In this document: one piece after another, positions 54,261 through 64,000 of the stretch
Position numbering within the stretch: position 1 is the stretch's first letter
Layout: every line of letters begins with the position of its first letter
Origin: Octopus sinensis
Taxonomy: Eukaryota
Direction of reading: 5' to 3'
Assembly: GCF_006345805.1 (NCBI RefSeq)
Contig: NC_043016.1
Location: forward strand, 15,438,001 to 15,502,000
DNA length: 64,000 nt
Notes under the pieces: generated by a model
Told to the model about the DNA's origin: nothing
Seen by the model: only the letters and a program-made list of their open reading frames with translations
Database searches by the model: none
Made by a program: the position numbers and the translations under genes

Positions 54261-55349
54261 AAAAACATCGATTATTAGATTGAAGTAGGTGTTTATATAG
54301 CCAATATATCGGAGTACATACATATTTAGGCCCTAAAAACAATTATATTCATTGGAGAAAACAGAAGGAAAAACCATACTAATTGTTTAGTTGTAGTTTA
54401 GGATATTGAGAGACTTTGTTTACATTCTTTCCAACAGCATCAAACGTAGAAGCCTCGGCGCTGTCGCTCGATATGTTTGTTGGAAGCATTGCTTCTTCCA
54501 AATACCCTTCAGATTACTCTCTGTCATCTTACAAACGAAAGAATATACACTTGTAAGGCTGTAAAAACCCAAAACAAAAACAGGCGGAATTCTCGTTTAA
54601 GCATCCCATTATAATCCCGCATGATTTAAAAAAAAAAAATTGGGGGTATTTTCCGAAAATGTTTATGAATTTGCGTTCCACACACAGGGATTCATACGAT
54701 TATGGAAAACAAATTATGTTTTTAATTTCTCAAACCAGACCATTAAAAGTGTTTATGGGTAGAAAAATATCAATACATGTCAGAGTGGCAGGGAAAGTAT
54801 CAGGTGGTAATGTGATTTGCTAAAAATAACAACTAAATCGCCCTTTCGGTTTCTGCATAGTTTTATAAATTCCCTTATTGACTCTGATTTCTTGCATGAT
54901 TAGAGACTTTGCGAACACTAGTGAGAAAATAAAAATTATACGAGTTCATATACGTTATCACGATTGTTAGTTGCTTTTAGATGTTGAACTAAATAAGAAA
55001 GTTTTGTCTACTAAATTACATGGAAAACATAGTCGGATCGCTATTAGTCGCTCTTGGCCGCTACTGGTAACATGTAAAACCTGTTATATGGTCAGGTCAT
55101 CGGCGACTAAACTAGCAACCCCATCAAGCTTGTTTGGTGAGGAGGAGGATGGTTGGATACCCTGCGGGACGAAAAATAAGACCTGTCAAAGAGCGGAGAA
55201 ACTAATGAGTTGTCAACGGCCATTCAACAATGTGTGTATGGAATATATATCTATCATATATTTATTTATATCTTTTTCATTTCTTTTTATATATTTAAGT
55301 CTTTAAATTTTATTTTATTGTCTAGAATAGTTGGATGAGAGTAGCACAT

Positions 55350-58300
55350 GATAGGGAGATTGTCGCACCCTTTTAGGGTTGGTCCACCCACCTAGGTACC
55401 CCTTGACTCCCAGCTCTCATCTGTGGTTTCTCGTAGCTGTTTGCATGCAATAGTGGCCATACCCCGGGCAACGGCTTCAACAGGCCAACTTAAGTAGGTA
55501 AGGATAGCTGGCGGGTTTGAAACCCACGGTGTGTAAATTAGGGTTTACTCACCCTTAGCATGTGAAGACTGGTTCCTGCAGACGATACCAAAAGTAGTCC
55601 AACGGCTATGAAGTCTGTGGAGCGCTTGGGGCAGAACAAGACGCGAAAACGTTCTGGTCATCCACTGGGACAGGGAGGCCTTTAGACTTAATAGTTCTCC
55701 GTGCCACTGGACCAAGGTCTCTTCTGCCGAGAGAGTGAGACTGTCCACGTACATCGACTCTTTCACAGCTATCTGTATCTCAGCCCCAACGGCGACAGGA
55801 GAATGGCGAAAGTGACAGGTGGAGGTAACCACTGGAAGTCATAGTCACGAGCCTGCACGTTGGTGGCCAGGGACTTTGATCGTTGTTCTTCGAACTCGGG
55901 GCAGCGGAGGACTCTGGCAGCATCTCAAGCGACTAAGTAGCCTTTTTAGGAATGCACTGCTCACCCCAGTGAGGGAGGGGGCCGAGAAAAGGTGGCCTAA
56001 AGAAACCCTGCCCTACACCGTCTGCTCAGTTTACCGCGGCTGGCAGACTTACCCATTTGCGGTGGATTCCAACTGAAAAAGAAACTCAACATCGACGTGA
56101 AACGTGCGTAATCTTCTAGATCGTGACAATGTCTCTCAAGACCTAAGTGAAGGACAACCCTTGTAGCCAACAAACTGTCAAGGTACAACATCGACATTGC
56201 CGCCTTGAGCGAAACCAGACTGGCCGAAGACGGATCAGTGACCGAATCCAATGGATACACCTTTTTCTGGAAAGGAAAAGCCCAGAACGAAGACCGCATC
56301 CATAGGATTGGACTTGCCATCAGGACCAAACTCTTCAAAAAAATCTCCGATCTCCCGACTGACGTCAATGAAAGGCTGATGAAGATCCGCCTCCCCATCA
56401 GCAACAACCGGTTCATCACTATCATCAGCGCCTACGCCTTCGCCACGGAGGAAGTCAAGGAGCTGCTTGAATTACACCGACCTGGACACTCTTCTTTCAC
56501 ACCATGCCTGCTACTCACAGGTGCCTTCAACGCCAGAGCTGAGTAACGAGGAGTGGAGGGGAGTGATCAGGAGGCACGATGTTGCTAAGACGAACAGCAA
56601 CGAACTTCTGCTGAGCAAATGTGCAGAACATGAAGTGCTCGTCACAAACACAATCTTTAGGCAGGCTAATAAATATAAGAACACATTGATGCACCTCCGA
56701 TCCAAACAATGGCAACTCATAGCCTACATCATCACCCGTTAGCGAGACAGCAGTGACGTCCTCGCCACCAGAGCAATGCGCAGAGCAGACTGCTGGACAA
56801 GACCACCGCCTTATTCGAGCCATGCTCAATATTCGCATAGACCCCACCACCCCAAATGCCACAAGCTCATCAAGCAGGCCTTCAACACAGCAAGACTCCA
56901 GTCTACTCAACAACAGCGGGACTTCCAGAACAGTCTTGATGAAAGACTCGATACAGCAGATCTGCTTACTGGAGAACCAGAAAATCAATGGAACCAGTTC
57001 AAAGAATCGGTCACTTAGACAGCTAAAGCAGTCCTTGGCCCCAAGAGGAGACATCATCAAGACTGGTTTGATGAAAACAAAAAAGCCATCCAAACCCTTC
57101 TGAATAAGAAGAGAGCTGCCTACATCAACTGCCAGAACCATCCCAGCTGTATCTCACGACGTGACAGGTTGAAGGAATACAAGGCCAGAGTTCAGCGTGC
57201 ACTCTACGCCATACAAGATGCTTGGTGGGAAAAGAAGCTGATGAAATGCAGTTCTACGCTGATACAAACAACTCCAAGCAGCTGTTTAACACTATCAAAG
57301 GCATCTCCGGGCCTTCAGATAGAGGATTGGCACTCCTACTCTCCGCTGATAGCTCCACTATCATCAAAGACAAGGAAGGTCCTCAACCGCCTTTCCATCG
57401 TTGACCCAAACAGCCCTACAGCAAATCACCCAGCAGCCAATCCAGGAAGATCTGGACCTCCCCGCCTAGAGGAACTGACCATCATCAAACAGATGATCTG
57501 CGGTAAAGCACCAGGAAGGGATGGAATACCTGCTGAACTGTTCGAGTCGCTCGAACCCACAGCCTTCAACACCTTCCATGACATCCTCTTGACCATTTGG
57601 AACCAGGACGACATCCCAATAGATATGTGAGACGCCACCATAGTCGCTCTATGCAAGAACAAAGGAGCCAGGACAGACTGCAGCAACCAGAGGGATCTCT
57701 CTACTCTGCACAGCAGGCAAAATCCTCGTCGCATCTTCCTCAACAAACTCATCTCCGAGAGCAACCTGCCCGAGGTCCAATGTTGCGTCCGCCCTGGCCG
57801 CAGTACCATAGACATGGCGTTTGCTGTGCGACAAGTGCAAGAGAAGTGCATTGAGCAGCAGATGGACCTGTAGGCCGTGTTCGTTGACCTGATCATTGTG
57901 TTTGACACAGTCGACTGAGAAGCCTAATGGATCATCCTCAGATTGCCCACAAAAAATCACAACCTTGGTCAAGCTCTTCCACAACATGAAGGGTCAGGTC
58001 CTTTCTAACGGAGCCTACACGAACTCCTTTAACATCTCTAATGAAGTCAAATAGGGCTGTCTCTTCGCCACAATGCTCTTCAACTTGTTCATCACACAGG
58101 TCATCCTCCACCCTGTAAAAAACCTCGACCTGGGTGTGTACATCAAGTACCGAAATGATGACTCCGTATTCGACCTCTGCCGCCTGTCTGCCAAAACGAA
58201 ACCAGGGAAACGCTCATCCTCGAAACCCTTTTCCCGGACGATTGTGCCGTCACGGTCCACAGGGAAAACCACCTCCAGATCGTCGCCAATCGCTTCGCCG

Positions 58301-59160
58301 TAGCATCAAGACTCTTCGGCCTGACCATCAGCCTTGGGTAGACAGAGGTCCTACTCCAGGCAGCCCCGAATACAACAAAACTTAAGCCAGCTATCACCAT
58401 TGATGGGATTGAGCTGAACTGTGTCGAAAGCTTCAGGTACCTAGGCAGCACTATCTCTGCAGACGGTCCAGCGAGTAAAGAGATTCGCATCCAGGATCGA
58501 ATAAGCCAGTCAAGAACTCGGTAGATTCAGAGTTAAAATACTACAACAGAAAGGCGTGTGGCTGTCCACGAAACTCAAGATATTGTTCTCTCCACGCTGC
58601 TTTCCATACCGCCGGCAGATGAAACAGTTGGAACAATCATGGACATCCGCTGACAAGACAGAGTCTCTAATCAAGAAGTCCTAGATGGAGCAGAGTTCAC
58701 GAGCGTCGAGGCACTTCTGCTTAAAGCTCAGTTACGTTGGACCGGCGACGTCATCAAAATGAACGACTACCGCATTCCCAGACAGCTGATGTACGGTAAG
58801 CTGAAGGAAGGCACAAGGTAACAAGGAAGACCCAAGCTGAGGTATAAGGACACCCTAAAGCGGTGTAACATCCAGCCTCATAAACTCGGGACCGCAGTCA
58901 CAAACAGAGCTAACCTGGAAGTCAATCACCAACACCGCTGTAACTGCCTTTGAGGATGTTAGGCAGCAACACCTTGCAATCGCGAGAGGCAAACGTCAGT
59001 GTGCCACATTATCCTCAGTCTTCATCACAGACTACCAGTGTCCAACCTGCGGGTGCCTGTATGCTCCCGGCTGTGGGCTGCGGAGCTACATACGTTCCCA
59101 CCGCTGACTGCTGAGATTTTAGACTACGTCTTCATCGGAGATCTATGGACTACCAAGATT
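55350..59160 (+). mobile_element. Near full-length RTE-clade (BovB/RTE-1-like) LINE, pseudogenised
   Basis: Markedly GC-richer than host. ~750 bp 5' leader, then YNIDIAALSETRLAEDGS, GYTFFWKGK, NERLMKIRLP, TIISAYA, GKAPGRDGIPAE, STIDMAFAVRQVQEKCIEQ, FRYLGSTIS, QLRWTGDV and a C-terminal C-x2-C. Many stops and frameshifts. Confidence 0.93.
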
Positions 59161-59599
59161 ACGTTTGTGAGACTTGTATGGTGTTTAGAATGCCGAACCT
59201 CAATACTTTCCCCAACCATACTGAGTATAGGGTTAGTCGAACAAATCAAAACAGAAATTATTTTAATCTGATACTTATGTAACGGGTAAGATTGATTAGG
59301 TACACAATATTATGATGTGTCGAAGTCAGCAGTTGTAACGATAAAAATATGTTGTTATAATTGCATACTGTAGGATGTGAAAGATGAACAATGCATGAAG
59401 TTTTAAGAAAGTATTTATTTACCATTACGTTAAAAAATACCATACCTTGACGAGCAGGTTATGATAGATCCAAAAGCATGCGAAAGAAAGTTAGATGCGG
59501 TAGGTTTCTTTGCATAGTTTGGCGTATACAAACAGTTTGTAGTAATCCACAGATAGCGACAGAATATTATAAGAGAACAGAATTGGAGCTAGAGAGAAT

Positions 59600-60035
59600 T
59601 GTAGGGTGTTTCACAGTTGCTGACAGTAAATTTCATTTCTCTTGCTGACCATTGTCTTTAGTAGCTGCATTCCTTGTGATTCTAGCAGTCCGTTCCCTAA
59701 CTAATTGAGTCGTCACGAGCCGCCTCGCTCAGTTGTCGCCAAGTGACTATATGGTTTATGCTTGGGGGTTCTTGTTTTTATAGCTATCCAGAAGGATAGA
59801 TATATCATTGAGAACAATAGATTTAGTTGGTGGTCTTGTTATCTCTATTCTAGCTTTTGGTGAAGTAGAAGCGGTTAGAAAGGGTCAAGTGGTGAAGACA
59901 TTATTTCTGCCTAGCTAAAGGCATCTGGAAAATGTAAAACTGCTGTAAGAGAAAAACCATTGTTCCACCGTGGGAAAAGTTCTGTTGCAGTGTAAATTTA
60001 AATTTGGCCACTTCATGCTTGCAAGATCCACTACA
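59600..60035 (-). mobile_element. Gypsy 3' LTR (436 bp)
   Basis: Minus strand TGTAGTGG...CCCTACA termini, immediately preceded by purine tract CTGGCGAGGGAAGTGA; internal CTATAAAA. No second LTR in the window. Confidence 0.7.
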
Positions 60036-61130
60036 TCACTTCCCTCGCCAGTGAGGTTCCGGGAAAGGAAACGAACGATCGAAGGAGATAAAGAAATGCG
60101 TGGTAAATGCGTTGGAATGTTTTTCAGCAGTGAAATGCGTCTGATGCTGTTGTCGTTGTTAATTGCTGAGCTAGCAAGGATGACATTGTAAGCATGCTTG
60201 AGGGATGCGCGAGACAGATAATTTTCTCTGTTAATTACGTGACCAAACAGGTGTCTAACAGGGGGAAATTGTGTCTAAACATGAGCGCAGAGCATGTGAA
60301 CATCCGACGTGCTTTGAGTCGGGAGAAGAATTGAGCTGACGCAGACGTGTAGTAAAACAAGAGAGTAGATGTGCATAACAGAGGTGCATGTGCATGAGTG
60401 CTATAGAGCTTGCAAGGCTGAGGCTAATGCTAGTGCATTGAGTACAAATACAGTGTACAGTATTGAATATGCCAGTGATTAATGCAGTAAGGCTGAGGCT
60501 GCCTGCCGGTGCATGAGGTAGTATATGCCTCGATCATGCAGGAGCGAAAGTGTGGCATGCTGGCGCGTTGTAAGGGACAAACAACTTTATGTATGCGTGA
60601 CCGACCAAGGATCTTACAGAGATGAGTTGTGTCTACAGGGGCGCATTGAGCATGGAAAACAGTGTGGTGCATGAATGTGAGAGAGATAGCATTTTTGTGT
60701 GTATGTGTGCAGATGCGTGCACAAGGCCAGGCGCTGATGAAAGGTGCATGCGTGTGTATATGCAACAATACATTTTCAAAGTGATGGGGAAAAATATATA
60801 CATGCAAAATGCAACGTGCGACAATGCGACTGAAAGAAAGTGGAAGTGCAAAATATGAATAAAATTGAGAAGACATGCAAACAAAAAATTCAGGTTATGA
60901 ATAAATGTTCAGGTGATGCACAAATGTTCTGTTCATGAATAAAATGTTCAGTTCATTTGAGTCTGATAGAATGTAAGCAGGATCAATTTTAATTTAATAT
61001 GAGAAACATAAAATTGAATTAATGTAATGTAAATGTTACAGGTATGGTCCTTGTGAAGTTCAGTGGAAAGAAAAATATAAATAAGTTTTGTAGCTGTCCG
61101 TGTAGAAATTAAGGCATTGGTGCCTGTAAA

Positions 61131-62540
61131 TCACTCACCTGGAATGTTTTTGAAATAGAAAATTTGTATGTATTTCGCCGGCCAGCGGACTCTTCGCCGC
61201 CCGCTTCTTGTTCGAGTTTGCTGTGAAGACGTTGAGGTACTTTTGGGAGGTGTTGACGAGACTGTGTCGGTTTGGTGCGGAGTGGACGATGAAGAGGTGG
61301 AATTGGGTTCGTCGATAGCTTTCTTAAGTCGATCGATGCTAATAGTATTTGGCTTGCCATTTTTGTCGACGACGAAGTGTTTTTCCCTCCTCTGTAGTAC
61401 TCTGTATGATCCAGAATATGGTGGACGGATCTGTGATGGTATTCCATCGTTCCGGATAAAAACGTGCGTCCATTGGTTAATGTCCGAGGGGGACATACGT
61501 GTCGGTTTTCTGCGAACGGGGTGCGTTAGGTGAGAGATGGGACATATGTGTGCGGAGACGATGTACATAAAATGTGGGATCAGGAATATCCCTTGGAGGA
61601 ACTGGAGTGATCATTTGCCCAGGCAAGGCCAGCGTGGTGCCGTAAACTAACTCAGCTGGTGAGTGACCAATGTCGTCCTTAAAAGATATACGGATACCGA
61701 GCAGAATAAGAGGAAGGAATTCCATCCAGTTGGTAACGTCTGGACATGCACGTATGACGGATTTCAGATGCCTGTGGAATCTCTCTATCATGCTGTTTGC
61801 CGATCGAGCGCGTGAGTTCGTTGAAAAGGCGCGAATCGAATTGTCGTTCTCTGTCTGTCGTGATGGTTGCGGGGACACCGAAACGCGATACCCAGTATAA
61901 TATCAGCGGTTTCCGCTGAAGTATCAGACAGAGTAAAGCCTCGGGCCATCGAGAAAAGCGGTCGAAGCAGGTCAACAGATGCGTATAGTTGTGAGACGGT
62001 AGTAGAGGCCCGATTATATCTATATGGTTGTGTTGAAAACGTGAGTCCGGTGTTGTGAAAGTGCCGAGAGGCGATTTTACATGTCGCTGTATTTTTGCCT
62101 TTTGGCAGGCAGCGCAACTCTTAGCCCAAGCGCGGATGTCCTTGTTAATGTTCGTCCACACAAAACGAGTTGTTATCATCTTCTGTGTGGAACGAATGCC
62201 GGGATGTGATAGACGGTGAAGGGCAGTGAAAATACGTCGTCGGTGTTGTTCGTGGACGCAAGGACGTTCGTGGCCAGTGGAGGTATCGCACCATATGTGA
62301 CAGGTAGAAGATAATGGGAGCAGATGGAACTTGAGGGACGACGAATTCCGTAGCCTATTAAAAGCTCTCCGTCGTTTTCCTGATCCGCCGTGATCAGCTG
62401 AAGATCGATAGTCTCTGGAGCGTGCAGAGCGTTAAGATGGACGCGTGAAAGCGCGTCGGTTGCAGTGTTGTCGGAGCCTTTGATATGCCGAATATCTGTG
62501 GAATATTGGGCGATGAAGTCGGGGTGACGGACTTCTCTGG
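61131..62540 (-). mobile_element. Ty3/Gypsy pol 3' half (RNase H end + integrase), CsRn1/Kabuki-like, frameshifted
   Basis: QYSTDIRHIKG..N..ADALSR; HHCC region HPGIR...WAKSCAACQKAK; HIDIIGPL; DRFSRWPEA; MIERFHRHLK; SPAELVYG; GPY/F-like PPYSGSY; ends RTRSGRRRVRWP. Confidence 0.93.
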
Positions 62541-62705
<165 letters not shown>

Positions 62706-63918
62706 ATATATGACTGATTATGGTATATAATTGGTCAGAGTGTTACTGTCTGTCACGCCAACTATTGCACAAGGCAACATTGACGACTCTCAAATATGTT
62801 AACCAGAAGCGCATAACCTTTATCAGGCGAGAGGTATATATAGACTCTGGGTTGCCTAGTATTGGTAAAAGGAAATCGAACGAAACAATGAGAAAAAATA
62901 ACATTTTCAAGGAGGTAGAGTTATTTTCTATGGATTGATGCTTGCCTGATATTTGCGTATGTAAGCATATTTGATGTTCCTTAGTTCAAAAATGGATACG
63001 ACCAAGTGCGAAAATAAATTTCATACTCATGGAGGCATTATCAAATTATTTCACTTTTATAGTTCGGAAAAGCAACCAGATCGTGTAAATTTGCAATGTT
63101 TACTTCTGTTTAAATATGGCCCAGACCGTCCCAGGATCTTTCAATTCATTTTGTACAACGTTGCTCCCTCTTTTGATTACCATATATAGCTGGGTAACGC
63201 TGTAACATTTATGCCCCTCTTGGGTTATCAAAATGGATTTGTGATTATGTAGTCTGGCCTTAAAAAGGAACTCTTTATCCTAACTTATTTCTGTATATGT
63301 GTCACTCTGTTGTTATTGGATGACATTGTCTCTGCTTTGTAAATCGCGGCTTTTGTGTTGCATGTACATTCATTGGGCACTTATTGTATATCCTACATGA
63401 GCATCTTGCACTTGCCCGAGGCCTTGAGGTACTCATTAATATATTTTAATACAAGGTGCACAGCTAAACATGACCGTTAAGTCATACCGATTGAATATTT
63501 TCCTATACCTATGATCCTGTGTAAAATGCTTATCCACTAATCTAAGGAAGTTCCTTCCCATGTATGTTTTTGCATTGGGAAAAAAGGGAGGGGGAGAAAG
63601 CCAGATGACTTTTCTGCAACGCTTTCTCTTTTGAGTTGAAGCGAAGGGTTCACGACTTTAATGAGTCGGTTGCTGTGTCTGTCCGTTCAATAGTAATTGG
63701 TATACGGAGACAGACAGACAAAACTCAACTCGTGCAATAGAAAAGCTTATTAAAAGCAGTGGATTACGTACAATGTAAGATGCCTTTTATAACATTTCTG
63801 TAAAGAAGTAAGTTGTGTTTTATAGAGATGTCTATAGTGTGATAGTGGTAAATGAATGCGTGAAGACATTAGATGCACTTTGTGTAAACAGAAAGAGACT
63901 TAACAGAAATTTTTCTAG

Positions 63919-64000
63919 AAAACATGGGTGGTGACGACATTGAGTTTGGTCGGTACTGCCAGCGCACGTGGACGAAGAGTGGTTCTTGTGTGGGAGACGC
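63919..64000 (+). other. Candidate exon running off the window end
   Basis: CTTAAC branch-like motif and TTTTTCTAG acceptor; GC/CpG shift; two open frames (MGGDDIEFGRYCQRTW... or KTWVVTTLSLVGTASARGRR...). No family recognised. Confidence 0.3.

Noticed and set aside
60430-60876. 148-aa ORF in the Gypsy 3' region as a possible env or accessory gene
   Set aside because: No signal peptide, TM pattern or motif; overlapping ORFs in other frames are equally featureless.

Overview
Repeat-dense, AT-rich animal genomic DNA. The SINE and RTE families match my recollection of octopus repeats, so the species assignment is an inference. The only well-supported host gene is a minus-strand Hedgehog acyltransferase (HHAT/Rasp-like MBOAT). 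Its first five coding exons can be assembled by hand: 34890-34737, 28908-28844, 14598-14488, 4735-4541 and 964-704 (786 nt, 262 codons, frame-consistent GT-AG junctions); the gene continues beyond position 1. A CpG/ETS-containing candidate promoter lies near 54.1-54.3 kb. The rest is mostly decayed mobile DNA: RTE LINEs and their (GAT)n-tailed 3' ends, tRNA-derived SINEs, mariner/Tc1 remnants and fold-back derivatives, piggyBac-type MITEs, Helitron-like elements, a near full-length RTE/BovB-like LINE (about 55.35-59.16 kb), a truncated Gypsy element with one LTR, and long microsatellites. The strongest unexplained signal is a complete type-I hammerhead ribozyme fold at 18126-18176, sense to the HHAT pre-mRNA. 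Also notable: near-identical SINEs in inverted orientation bracket the HHAT exons, and two dead RTE copies 28 kb apart share a ~500 bp tract with the same disabling mutations. No prokaryotic systems or CRISPR arrays are present. Repeat boundaries are approximate unless termini are quoted.
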